Source: Perkinsela sp. CCAP 1560/9 (Eukaryota; Protista; Euglenozoa: Kinetoplastea). Taken from it: a stretch of DNA of 64,000 nt. Below the pieces are notes generated by a model that was not told where the DNA came from, ran no database searches, and saw only the letters and a list, made by a program, of their open reading frames with translations. Positions 42,938 through 54,379 of this stretch are shown one piece after another (within the stretch, counting starts at the first letter, position 1; each line of letters begins with the position of its first letter). The position numbers were made by a program, and so were the translations under genes. The stretch lies in NCBI GenBank assembly GCA_965644495.1, contig CBFFSA010000005.1:310001-374000 (forward strand), in the 5' to 3' direction.

Positions 42938-44926
42938 TTGTTCGAATTGTCGGCAGGGCAAGCTGAGAGTTCTCACTCGCGTTTCCTAACAAGATATCTT
43001 GAAACGAGATGTTCCGCACAGCTGCTTTATCGATTTTCTTCTACTGCAAAGCCTCCGTGGAGTTTCTATGTTGACTTTGTTGATCTCTGTGACTACGATC
43101 CCGAACTGGCTTCCTGGGTCCTCAGGTCCCCGTCTGTGGCCTTATCTGAAATATCGCATGTTACATGTCTTATTCTGAATAAGCTTCTTGGGGTAAGAGC
43201 TCCAAGTCCTCTTCTAGGTTCTATTGTGCAGTCCTTTCCGGGCTCCATGCAAGCTGGGATTCTACCACATGACATATTACCTCGTCTCATTCACTTTATA
43301 TCCCCGGTACGGACCGTCAAATCTCTACGCAGCGCTGATATTGGCCGAGTACTTAAAATACACGGGATTGTGTTGCGCACATCAGATAAAAAAGTTATCG
43401 AATCTAGGAAACGCTACATCTGTCGTCGCTGTGCAAGTGAATGTACTGTTCACGCAGAACTTGCGCTACACTATCGTATTCGGTCTCCGGCAAAGTGCAG
43501 TTCGAAGAAGTGCATTTCTACTTTGTTTCAAGAATTAGTGACAGATAATTTAAGAGACGTGCAGTATGCTCGCCTTCGAGACACATCTGAGTGTGATAGA
43601 ACTGTTCCCTTGTCTGTCAATATTGCCATGGAGGACGATTACGTTGGAATGTTACAGCCAGGTGACAAAGTTTCACTTGTGTGTATTCCAACAATCGTCT
43701 GGAGTGCAGTTTATCCAGACTGTTCCGGGACGCAAGACATAGTATTGAAGGTAATTGGCATGGATTTCCTTAGAGAAAACTTGGCTGAGGCATCAGGAAA
43801 TCCCTCAAATAAGAATCTATATGATTTCAGAGAAGCCTCGAGCAGCGAAGAAGCCATGAATGCATCATTTGAACATTTACCGTCACGGATTTCTTCCCAT
43901 ACCTTTTCTTGTCTTGTACAAAGAGATGAATTTGTTGCAAAGGCGTTTCCAGGCCTTGCTGGTCTACACATCGCCAAGCTTGCTATCATAGTCTCACTTT
44001 CTGGAAATTGTCCTATGCGAGAAAAAGTGACTCAAAGAACGGAAAGTCATTTACTATTTGTTGGGGAATCAAGTACAGGCAAGACTGAGCTATTGTCGCA
44101 CTCCAAAGAACTTTGTACTCGTGGTGTTCTTACTACTGGAATTGGCTCCTCTATGGCAGGTCTTACAGCCGCAGCTGTGCGTGTGGGTGGGGAGTGGCAT
44201 CTTGAGGCAGGAGCTCTTGTTCTGAGCGATGGAGGGCTATGTTGTATTGATGATTTTCATGCTCTTTCAGAAGCAGACCGAATGTCCTTGTTAGAAGCTA
44301 TGGAACAGCAGCGCGTTAGCATCGCCAAGGCAGGCATTGTGACACAGCTCTCCACACGGTGCAACGTATTCGCTGCGAGCACGGTCAATAACGTAGCCAA
44401 CGTAACATGGAGAAGCTTCTCCTTGCCACTACTTAGTCGATTTGATCTTGTTTTTACCCTACGCGATTTGCAACATCGGAGTTGGGATGAGTATATAGCA
44501 GCGACTACTCTTCAGGATCTACAGCGTCAAGAGAATTCGAATGTCGCATTCCCTTTATTACAAATTCAAAACACGATACAATCGGCACGATGCCGCGCGC
44601 TACCGAGCCATATGCCCGAGGATATTCAGGAATTCCTGCTACGCTACTATACCCGCCTGAAAGAATATCACGAAGGGGCGACTTCCAATCCAATTACTTT
44701 GCGCTGTTTTACGTCGCTTGTGCGACTCACACAAGGTCACGCTAGATTAATGCATCACAGTATTCGATGGGTAGATGCCTTCACTGCAGTGTATCTGATG
44801 GAGCATACGCTATATGAAACTTGTCTTTTTGATTCGCACAATGTTTTTCATAGCGTTTCGAGAACTAGTCTGGATTATGAAGAAATATTTTCTATGATGC
44901 ATAAGAAATTGTTTAACAAAGAATAG
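42938..44926 (+). CDS. MCM9: MCM9-like DNA helicase (start codon anomalous)
   Basis: ESHLLFVGESSTGKT, VLTTGIGSS.AGLT, EWHLEAGALVLSDGGLCCID, EAMEQQ, LLSRFDL; C4 zinc finger. Confidence 0.85.
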   Translation: MFELSAGQAESSHSRFLTRYLETRCSAQLLYRFSSTAKPPWSFYVDFVDLCDYDPELASWVLRSPSVALSEISHVTCLILNKLLGVRAPSPLLGSIVQSFPGSMQAGILPHDILPRLIHFISPVRTVKSLRSADIGRVLKIHGIVLRTSDKKVIESRKRYICRRCASECTVHAELALHYRIRSPAKCSSKKCISTLFQELVTDNLRDVQYARLRDTSECDRTVPLSVNIAMEDDYVGMLQPGDKVSLVCIPTIVWSAVYPDCSGTQDIVLKVIGMDFLRENLAEASGNPSNKNLYDFREASSSEEAMNASFEHLPSRISSHTFSCLVQRDEFVAKAFPGLAGLHIAKLAIIVSLSGNCPMREKVTQRTESHLLFVGESSTGKTELLSHSKELCTRGVLTTGIGSSMAGLTAAAVRVGGEWHLEAGALVLSDGGLCCIDDFHALSEADRMSLLEAMEQQRVSIAKAGIVTQLSTRCNVFAASTVNNVANVTWRSFSLPLLSRFDLVFTLRDLQHRSWDEYIAATTLQDLQRQENSNVAFPLLQIQNTIQSARCRALPSHMPEDIQEFLLRYYTRLKEYHEGATSNPITLRCFTSLVRLTQGHARLMHHSIRWVDAFTAVYLMEHTLYETCLFDSHNVFHSVSRTSLDYEEIFSMMHKKLFNKE

Positions 44927-45151
44927 TGGATCGTTATTCTAAAGTTCCAACACCTACCCCCTAGTTATTTGTCACCCACGCAACGCCCTCCCCCTATTTA
45001 TTTGCCACTTTTCTCCAACAGAGGGGTGAAAATCAAGTAGGGGGGTATAGTACATACCCCCCACAGGAACCACATGGTTCGTGTACTGAGTAAATATACA
45101 TGTAGAGGCAATGCCGCGTCTGTTGAGATCCTCTCCCCGATCGCGATATTA

Positions 45152-45472
45152 CCGTATACCCCCCCCCCAATAAGGTGCCCCCCCCAGTAAGAGAGATTTG
45201 GCCCTTTTTGGGCTGACCCCCAGTAAGAGAGATCTGGCTTGGGAGCCCAACAGGAGGCGTATATGGGGTAGGGGGTTGGTGTCTGCATGTTGGGGGCCTC
45301 GGGGCTAACCCAGAGAAGCGTTTTAACACGTTTTCAGAAGCAAAAAATAGAAAAAATAGTCAAAAAAGTTGGGAGAAAAGAGGAAACTGGCCAAAAAAGC
45401 ATACCCCCCCCAATAGGAGAGATTTGGCCATTTCGACCCAAAACCCATTCTCTTACTGGGGAGGGTATACGG
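45152..45472. mobile_element. pogo/Tc1-type MITE (321 bp)
   Basis: TA-CCGTATACCC...GGGTATACGG-TA; repeated CCCCAGTAAGAGAGAT subterminal motif. Confidence 0.85.
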
Positions 45473-46014
45473 TAATTGATAAAAAATAGTCTACGTACAT
45501 CTATCTAAATTTTTTGTTCTCGTTAACCCCTTGATATGTCTTTCGTTGTTTCCAAAAGAGAATCCATCGCAGCTTTTTGGAAAGTAGGTATTTTCGGCTC
45601 AAGGATGAAGGAACAAAACAACTGCAATGTATCATATTGTCTCCGCAAAGGTTTGTCCCATAAACAAATCGCACTGCAAAGAATTTTTTCTTTCCCACAG
45701 CAGATATTCAGCGTTCCAATTAATAATACTGGAATTCGATCCGGAACTGTTTCTGCTGTGAATATTTTTGCTGCTCAAAAGAGGCACTTATGGAAAGGAG
45801 GCTTCGAAGTTGGATTTTTCCAGCATAGTCCTCGCAAGCGCAGACCAAAGCACAGAATTCGCACGGCGCGTAGGCGCAGAAAGCGGGTTCAAAAGAGAAA
45901 TCGAAGCAAGCGACCGACTTCACGTTGTTTAATGAAAGCAGGTTAGCTGTCTTCCCTCTATATTGTCCTCCCTTCTGTGTACTATGCTATATTAAATTCT
46001 GTGCTGGAAATATA

Positions 46015-46148
46015 CTGTGCCCCCCCCCACTTATTTGTCGTAGTCCCACCCTCCCACTTAATTGTCCTTTATATTTATGAGACTGGGCAGGAGGCGCCGC
46101 TTTTTTTGGGGGGGCTCAACTTTTTCCCTACGAACCTCATACATACAG
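46015..46148. mobile_element. ~135-bp MITE-like repeat, copy 2
   Basis: Homologous to 18453-18598, TA-flanked. Confidence 0.55.
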
Positions 46149-46501
46149 TAGCTACAAGTAACAAAAGTGTTCAAATGTTTTCACAAATTTTAATGTTTTT
46201 ATATTTTACAAAAGAGATGCAGAGGATAATGCAGTAATATACTCCCCCTCTCATTAATAATTATAAACCTCCAAAAATCATTAAAGGGATCGTTTATAGA
46301 AATGAGGGGCTGCGGGTGGGTGTGTACCGAAACCGCACCGAAACCGCGGTTTGCAAATCAAGAAGAGGCCCCATTTAGGACTAGAAGTACAAGGGAATTT
46401 TTGATTTATAGGGATGAAAGTTTGGCGATGGGCATTGTACGTTCATATTTATTAACTAGTTTCTATATTGGCGCAGAAAATCATAGACTTAACTACTTTA
46501 T

Positions 46502-47420
46502 ATTTTCTTTTTTAGGCTCTTCGTTAAACGCGGTGGTTGCTTTCAACTTAGAAGTCACTCATGCTGCGCGCTTCGCGTTGAAAACTACCGCCGCGTTTAG
46601 CGAAGAGCCTAAAAAAGAAAATTTAGCCGGGAAAACGGAAAGATTATAGCCAAAAATAGCCGAATTTCGGGTAAAAATGGGGTCATTTTCGCATATTTTT
46701 GCTCTCAGAGCACTAAATCCGACATTTGCGCGTGGGAAATCACTCGTAGGTATGAATGGAAGCCTACCGAACGTATTGGGTGGAGAATGCGACTCCAACC
46801 ATACCATTCTTTCGACACAAAAATGCCCCTTTAGGTCCGAAAAATACTTTTTCACCTTTTTTAGTCAAAAATGGGTCATTTTGGGGGGCGCACCACGGTT
46901 AGAAGAAGGGATACCTTGCGAAAGCAACTGCGTAGAAAGCTAGTGTAGGTCCCAAACTATCAAAATACAATAGGGGAAACCATTTTGGAAAAATATTTTT
47001 TTTGTCATTTTTTTCGCCAAGTTGAATTTTTTTTCAAAAAATTTTTTCCGAAAAAATCCGAACTTGGCGGACCCGTCCTGCGGATACGCGGGGGGGTCAC
47101 CCCCGGGTAGGGGGGTGGAAAATGCGCGCCAAGACCCCGGCTACCCTTTCTGCAGTTTTTTTTTCGAAAACTAATTTTTTCGAAAAAATTTGCTCGACCA
47201 TGCCCCCCCCCCTGGACCCCCCCCCTGGACCCCCCCCCTGGACCCCCCCCATGGACCCCCCATTTTTTTCAAATTTTTTTTTCAGTTTTGGACCACCGGA
47301 GCCCCCTTTTATATTTTTTTCTTCTATTATATTACTGTGTTCCTCTTTATATTTTCACTGTTTTTGTTCACTTTTTTTTCAATAATCGAGTGTAGAGCGG
47401 TAGTTTTACAACCACCGCAA
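46502..47420 (+). mobile_element. Hairpin-ended interspersed repeat, copy B (apparently complete, ~0.92 kb)
   Basis: 5' hairpin arms 46502-46547 / 46577-46622; 3' end AATAATCGAG.GTAGAGCGGTAGTTTTACAACCACCGCAAT. Confidence 0.8.
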
Positions 47421-47555
47421 TTAAGTACCTATATAATAGAGTGAACTGTGGGGTTGTTGATCCAATGTATTCTCGTCGGGAATGGCTTACAGAGCACATA
47501 GATCAGGATATACTCCAAAACCGCCACTCAAAAATGCAAAGTAGATTATCTCGTT

Positions 47556-47662
47556 ATTCTTTGTAACAGTATTCTTTGCAACAGTATTCTTTGCAACAGT
47601 ATTCTTTGTAACAGTATTCTTTGTAACAGTATTCTTTGTAACAGTATTCTTTGTAACAGTAT
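47556..47662. repeat. 15-bp minisatellite, about 7 copies
   Basis: Tandem ATTCTTTGYAACAGT. Confidence 0.92.
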
Positions 47663-48767
47663 CATCTTTTGTGCTCAGTAGAAACATTTTTGCAGAAAAA
47701 AACAGTCTAAATATGCATGAAACTTTGGATCCATGTTCTACATCCGCTGTTGTCCTCCCCACCACTTCTACGCTTCTCATCCTTCACCCCTTGAATCTTC
47801 ACCTTGTCAGGTACTCTTAACCGCACCGAAACCGCACCGAAACCGTACCGAAACCGCAACGAAACACTACCCGCAGCCCCTCAAATTTAATGAGATTATA
47901 ATTCTGAGTCTCACTTTTATAATTATAAACCATTTTTTATCTAGAAAGACACCTGTACCACATACTTTGCACTAAAAATTGCTTCCAAGTTGAACGAAGT
48001 GTTTCGAAAATCAAGAATTTGAAGTCCATAATAAGAAAAAATCACTTATCGAATCTCATTAATACTGTACCCCCCTGTTTATAATAGCCTCCGCCCCTCC
48101 CCCCTTTATAGGTTCTTTTTTTGGCAAACTGGAGAAGATTTTTTTTAATTTTCTTGCACTGTCTTAAATATTTTAATATTTTCATATGTTTCTTCGAGGT
48201 ATGGCGCGTGTTCGTGCTGGACATTTTATTTTGGAAGAGCGCCGGGGCCCACTTGGCGATTGAATAGTTCCTGGTTCCTCGTTCCCAAATGAAAAAGAAA
48301 ACGGAATCATTATAGCCAAAAATAGCCGATTTTCCGGTAAAAATGGGGTGATTTTTGGGTATTTTTGTTCTCAGAGCACTAAATCCGATATTTGTGTGCG
48401 GGAAATCACCTGTAGGCAGGAATGAAAGCCTACCAAACGTATTGGGTAGTGGATACGACTCTAATCACACCATTCTTTCGACCAAAAAAGGCCCCTTGGG
48501 GTCCGAAAAATACTTTTTCACCTTTTTTAGTCAAAAATGGGCCATTTTCGCGGGCATACCACGGCTCGAAGAAGAGATAGCTTGCGAAAACAACTGCGGA
48601 GAAAGCTAATAAACCCCTCGACACAATAAAGCACCCCCCTCTAAAATTTGTATGGTAAGTCCGTTTGAACTAATTCTTGTGGCATTTTGCAGATCTCAGT
48701 AAATAGACTTTGCGCACCTTGTAAAATTGTCCTGGGGTGAATAAGGTAAAATATAAGTAGACGATTA

Positions 48768-49091
48768 CAGTGAAGTATTCAAATACGAGTGCATTGTATT
48801 ACGGTTATTTTTAATTACGGTTATTTTTAATTAAGATTATTTTTAGCCCCGAAAAAAAATACTTTTTTTTGATGTCTATCACCATCGACCTCACTTTCAT
48901 ACGAAACACAAACCTTTATAAAATGATCACAGACGAATCCAATGGCTTGGGTGCTTAAAAGTTACTCAAAAAGTGTGTTCAAAAATTATTAATTTACGAG
49001 TGGATTACATTACGGTTTAATTAAGATTAATTTTAGCCAAAAATAACCTTAAAAGCGTAATTAAATAATACCGCAATTAAATATAACACTG
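48768..49091. mobile_element. CAGTG-ended MITE nested in Tc1 element 1
   Basis: TA-CAGTG...CACTG-TA; repeated ATTACGGTT/TTAATTAAGATTA motifs; same left end recurs at ~16970. Confidence 0.6.
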
Positions 49092-49093
49092 TA

Positions 49094-51668
49094 CCACTTT
49101 TTCTCCCCTGCACTTTACGCAGGCTTCTAGTCGACGATCGAAGCTTAAAACAGTTTTATTTATTTGCCTTCGGGGGATTTCTTTAAATGCTTTTTTACGC
49201 ACCTAATAAGCGAAGTAGTACTGGAGGGGTTCATTCCACATACTCGTTGCTGTATCATTTCCCATACATTTTCTATAGGATTGAGGTCAGGTGAGTTGGC
49301 AGGCCAATTTTTGATATACTGAATTTCTGATTCAAAAAGATAAGACTTTGTCATTTTTGCAGTGTGTGCGCCTGCTCCATCTTGTTGAAAAATAAAATAA
49401 CGGGGGAAAGGAGTCTTACGCAGGGTTTAAATATACGTTTCGCTCGTAATTGAGCTGTCATTGGGAAGAATAGCTAGATAACGCCACCCAACTCCAATGG
49501 CACCCCACACATGGCATTTTGGGGCCCAACGCATTTTCTGCCTTGGAGCAGCCTTTTCGCCCGGGGCAACCCACATTTTTTTACGCATATCATTAGTATC
49601 AAAGATTTTTTCATCAGAAAATACAATTATGCGTGAATCCCCATTCCATGCTAAGGCAAACTCAACCCTTTTAGCCTTCTGATGTTCGGTCAACGCCATA
49701 GTAACCGGGCGTGGGGAATAAGTATATTTCATTGCTTTTAAGTCACGTTGAACAGTGCGTTTTGTGATATGTACCCCCTTTTTACTCAATCTCCCCGCAA
49801 TGCATCTAGCGCTGCTGTGTTTCGGCACTCCAGCAAGGTCTTTTGGTGAAATAATGGTTACTATTTTTGGGTACGAGGACACTTCCGTGAGTACTCATCG
49901 AAACGCCCACGTGTCAAAACGAAAATCATCGAAACGAAAGAAACTCATCGAAGGTGATTTTAATTACTTTTGAGGTGGTAGCTGCATTTTCGACTCGGGA
50001 GCAAACGCTGGTGCAGTCATGAAAGTTAAAGAAAACGTTGCGAAAATAAATTGTAGAAACGTGAAAGCAAAATAATGCCCGTGACTCTTCTTAGAAATAC
50101 GATTTTCCATTGATTTAAAGAGCTTGATACCATATGAAACAATGGAAGCGCGCGTGAGTTAATTAAGAAATTACCTGGACAAAGAAATCCTAGGATTCGC
50201 ACGGCACCAAGAAAACCACAGAAAACTCAGATACGAGACAAAAAAATATGTACAAAAAACCGTTGCTGTGGACGGAAAAGCTCGGAAGGCGGGGGTCGCT
50301 AGGCCCCTGCATTGTATACAATGCCCCTGACCTATGGCCACTTTACAGTGGCCATGAAAAGAAGTATGTACAGAAAATAGAATTATAGATTTAGATTTAT
50401 AATACCGCATTTTCTTCTTGGTGTAGTGCTGCATTGCCTAAGTCGTGTAGAATTTTCGTCACCACCTTGTGCCTAATGGAACGGTTTCTCGCAATTTGGC
50501 CCGCTGTCAAATTATCGGCAATATCTGCTCAAATTCGAAGCAACTTTCCCGCGTCAATGTCCATTCGACCAGACGCATAAGGTTCAAGTTTTCCTCGCTT
50601 CATCCGACACGGATTGCGCTGGAATTCATGAAAACAGCACATTTGGATGTTAGGCCTTCCGGGTATATCCCGCATCATACTTGGACCATGCACAGTACAA
50701 GAAGGTGCTTTCAACAGACCGTGATTTTTCATCCAGGATTCTGCACGCTTGCCTTGAGGGATCATATTAAAATTTCGCCACGCGCGCACACAAGAAAACT
50801 CAGCACAACCTGGACATACACGAACTGACGGAAGCAAAGTACGTGCAGCAGCTTCGGCCCCAACCAAGGGGCTAAAAATAAGTCTGTCAGCCCAGACACC
50901 AGGAGTTCGTAATTCCTCTGGAGTGCGAGGTAACTCTTCTTCTTCCTCTTGTTCTTGAGTGCGACGCATTTCGCTGTCTACGAAACGCACAAAACTATTC
51001 AAAAGAGGTTCACGTGCACTCCCCGCTTGACTGTTATTCATTAAAAAGAAGGGACGAAACCAAAGTAAAATAGAACAGCCTAGTAATTTTTATCACGAGA
51101 GCTACAACGTGTAGAACTCCGTTCGAAGGGAAAAACGTGGGCTACGCTCACAGTTGGGCCTTGCTCGCAAACTACAGATACAGATAAACCCACGCTCACA
51201 GTTGGGCCTTGCTCGCAAACTAGGTCTCGCAGTATAGGAATAATACACAATCCTGCGGAAGTGGCAGACATAGGTTCTCAGTGTCGCCGCTTTCTTATTT
51301 TCATGTTCTCGATTTTTTTCTTTCCAAAGCAATTAAAATCACCTTCGATGAGAAGATTGACGTTTCGATGAGTCACCCTGTGACACGTAGGCACTTCGAT
51401 GAGAAATCATCGAAGTGTCTCAAAAACTCACGGAAGTGCCCGTGGAGCGCTATTTTTTTCTGCGACGTAAGATATTTTTTTTCGGTGTAAATATTTTGGT
51501 TTTATTGGTTTCTTTTACTTTCAGATATTGCCTCACATATTTTACAGAAATATTAAATTCTCGTGCAAGTTGCTTCTTTGGGACACCGTGCTCGAACCTC
51601 AGGCGCAATAATGTCTTACCTATAGAGGTCATCCCCCCTTTTGGGGGACGGTACTTGGATTTTACCAT
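49094..51668 (-). pseudogene. Tc1 transposase pseudogene (HTH at 51668-51442, catalytic part 49876-49094)
   Basis: FSDEK, HVWGAI, FQQDGAGAH, WPANSPDLNPIENVW; in-frame TAA at 49427; interrupted by Merlin. Confidence 0.88.
49877..51441 (-). mobile_element. Internally deleted Merlin element
   Basis: ~90-bp IRs starting GG.CACTTCCGTGAGT with repeated CTCATCGAA; ORF 50529-51041 has W...GLL..PSC..HG..M Zn-ribbon; 31-bp direct repeat at ~51144/51193; no TSD seen. Confidence 0.72.
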
Positions 51669-52855
51669 GAAATTTTAGAAAAAGAATATTTCTGAAACTG
51701 ATTTTTTTAAAAGTTTTAAATGAAGCTAAAAACCCCGGGAACGTGCAGATCTCAAAATTCTAGACGATAAAGTGGTGCTGCAACCCCCATGGGTCCCCGC
51801 ACGCAAAAAATAAAGGGGGGTGCTTTATTCGTGTCGAGGTGTTTATAGGTCCCATACTTTAAAAATACAATAGGGGAAACGATTTTGGAAAAATATTTTT
51901 TTTGCCATTTTTTTCGCCAAGTTGAAATTTTTTTCAAAAAAAAAATCCGAAAAAATCCGAACTTGCCGGACCCGTCCTGCGCATACGAGCGGGGGTCACC
52001 CCCGGGTAGGGGGGTGGAAAATACGCGCCAAGACCCCGGCTACACCTTCTGCGTTTTTTTTTCGAAAAAAAATTTTTTCAAAAAAATTTGCTCGACCATG
52101 ACCCCCGCCATGGACCCCCCCCCTAGACTCTTTCTTTTCAGTTTTGGACCACCGGAGCCCCCTTTTATATTTTTTTCTTCTATTATATTACTGTGTTCCT
52201 CTTTATATTTTCACTGTTTTTGTTCACTTTTTTTCAATAATCGAGGGTAGAGCGGTAATTATACAACCACCGCAATTGAGGGAGATACTACTCCCTCGCT
52301 ACCGTAGGTTAATTCGTCGTGCCCGATTTCATGCCCGATCCTGGTCCGATTTCGTGCCCGATTTGTGGCCCGATTTCGTTTCAGATGAGTTTTCGAAAAA
52401 ACTGTTTACAAAGACGTATGAATCGAATTCAGTGACAAGATCACTAGTTTTTCAACAATTCCGATGGGTACCCCCTGCCCCCCCCCCCTCCCCACCAGGG
52501 TGATGATAGCAATTTTTGAAATTTAAAAAAAAAACAGCAAATTTATGGGTGAAAGTGAAAAAATATATTTCTCCCAAATCAACTCCTAGACAATTTTTTG
52601 ATAGTTTGGGACCTGATATGCCCGTGTACTCTTTGGTTTCATTCGATGCTCCTCCACCCTGTGCCGGTAATACACCTACAAAGGCCAAAATGTACCTGGA
52701 AGCGTGTGACACACAAGACCTTAGAGGAAGGAGGAGGCGCAAGGCAAAAAGGCAGAAGGCGGAGCCTTCTGTTTTTTTGTCGCGGCGACGACGACTTCCT
52801 CGCGTGGGAAGCTGTAAGGGGGTCCTAGGGAGCATATTTCGATGGCTATGTAACT

Positions 52856-53040
52856 CAGGCTAAAGTGGACGAGGGAGATACTAAAAGTACTTTGGAAAAG
52901 CACCACAAAACTGGAACGGTATCTCCCGGTAAAGATCCTTTCGTCACATCAGAATGCTTTACAAACCGGGAGATACCGTTCCAGTTTTGTGGTGCTTTTC
53001 CAAAGGTACTTTTAGTATCTCCCTCGTCCACTTTAGCCTG
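52856..53040. repeat. Near-perfect 75-bp inverted repeat, 34-nt loop
   Basis: Arms 52856-52930 and 52965-53040 differ by one indel. Confidence 0.93.
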
Positions 53041-53105
53041 GGTTATAATTATAAACTAAAAAGGTTTATTGATTATAATTATAGCTATTAATGAGAGGGG
53101 GAGTA

Positions 53106-54379
53106 TTATAGTAGTGTAGGCTGGAGTAGTGCTTACATTCCCACGTACTTAGACTTCATCTACAATTAAGCGTAGGACTTTCACTACAATTAAGCGTAGG
53201 AAATGTAAGCAGCATTAAAAAAAAGTACCTTCCCAACTTACTTAGCAAACAAAAAACAGGTCGCCCTCGCAAGCTTACCGAGACATCCTCCAATCGCGTC
53301 CGCCGCCTTATCACCAGCGGTACAACTAAGGATGCAGTCGCTACTAGTAAACGGTTAAGAGATGAGGGGATTGCAGATGTTTCACCTCAAACCATTCGGG
53401 TTTCCCTTCGGAAGCGTGGTTTGAAGGGGAAGAAGAAATTTGCAGATGTTTCACCTCAAACCATTCGGGTTTCCCTTCGGAAGCGTGGTTTGAAGGGGAA
53501 GAAGAAATTACGGAAGCCCCATCTCACGAAGCGTCACAAAGCTCTACATCTTGCTTTTGCAAAGAAGTACGAGCATTGGACGCACGCCGACTGGAGCCGT
53601 GTGCTCTTTACCGATGAAAGTAAGATCTGCCGTTTTGAGTCGAACGGCAGCCGGTGGGCGTGGGTGAGCTTTGGGGAAGCACTTTCAGAGCGAAATACTC
53701 ACAGCACCGTGAAGTACTGTGGAGGATCCATCATGGTATGGGGGTGTATGATGGCTCACGGTGTGGGCTCCATTGCTCTGGTTCATGGCAACATGAATGC
53801 TGAACAGTATGTTCAAATACTTCAACAGTATTTGCCTCCTTCCCTCTACGAGGTGGATGTCATGAAGAGCCGTATCATCTTCCAACAAGATAATGATCCA
53901 AAGCACACGAGTAAGAAGGCTCGGGAATTCCTTCGTTTGGAAGAATTGTGTGTCCTAGATGGCCCCCGCAGTCTCCCGATTTAAATCCCATAGAGCACCT
54001 ATGGGGCGAGCTCAAAAAGTCAACTGCGGATCACCCAGATCCTCCCGTAGGAATGTTGGAACTTTGGGAACGCGCCCAAAAAGCGTGGGCAGACCTTCCT
54101 CCGAGTGCATGTCTTCCTCTTGTCCGCAGCATGCCCCGTCGTTTAAGGGCAGTAATTAGGGCGAAGGGGGGACTTACGAAGTATTAAGTTTTGGTCATTT
54201 TGGTTTGGTAAGGGTGAAGTAAGACAAAGTTTTGGTCAAAAAAAATATTCTCAAAAAAGTGAAAAAAGTGTTCGAGTGTTGGGCTCGGATTATATCTTTC
54301 ATAGTTTTTTATAGTAAGATCGTTGATGCAGTCTAAGTATGTGGGAATGTAAGCACTACTCCAGCCTACACTGCTATAA
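53106..54379 (+). mobile_element. Tc1 element 2 with decayed transposase
   Basis: ~55-bp TIRs, TA TSD supported by the empty-site copy at ~46150-46260; FTDESK, MVWGC, FQQDNDPKH, WPPQSPDLNPIEHLW; frameshift near 53960; 69-bp tandem duplication. Confidence 0.92.

Larger units (their letters stand above)
46304..47882. mobile_element. TIR element with CCGAAACCGCA subterminal repeats, hosting the hairpin repeat and a minisatellite
   Basis: GAGGGGCTGCGGGT / ACCCGCAGCCCCTC; no clean TSD. Confidence 0.65.
48612..51843 (-). mobile_element. Tc1 element 1, with nested MITE and Merlin
   Basis: TIRs AACCCCTCGACACAATAAAGCACCCCCCT / AGGGGGGTGCTTTATTCGTGTCGAGGTGTT, TA TSD; ~1.67 kb once the Merlin insert is removed. 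Confidence 0.88.
48296..52276 (+). mobile_element. Hairpin-ended repeat, copy C (5'-truncated), split by a Tc1 insertion
   Basis: 48296-48609 aligns to 46630-46942 and 51846-52276 to 46946-47420. Confidence 0.8.

Noticed and set aside
45500-45950. ORFs on both strands in a coding-like segment
   Set aside because: No recognisable motif and several stops; possibly a gene relic but unsupported
47556-47662. Regular repeat as a possible CRISPR array or TVTKN-repeat protein
   Set aside because: Head-to-tail 15-mers without spacers; the ORF is a by-product of the minisatellite
53114-53126. GTGTAGGCTGGAG matches the start of a common lab FRT-cassette priming site
   Set aside because: Only 13 nt match and it is part of the Tc1 TIR, mirrored at the other end; coincidence, not vector
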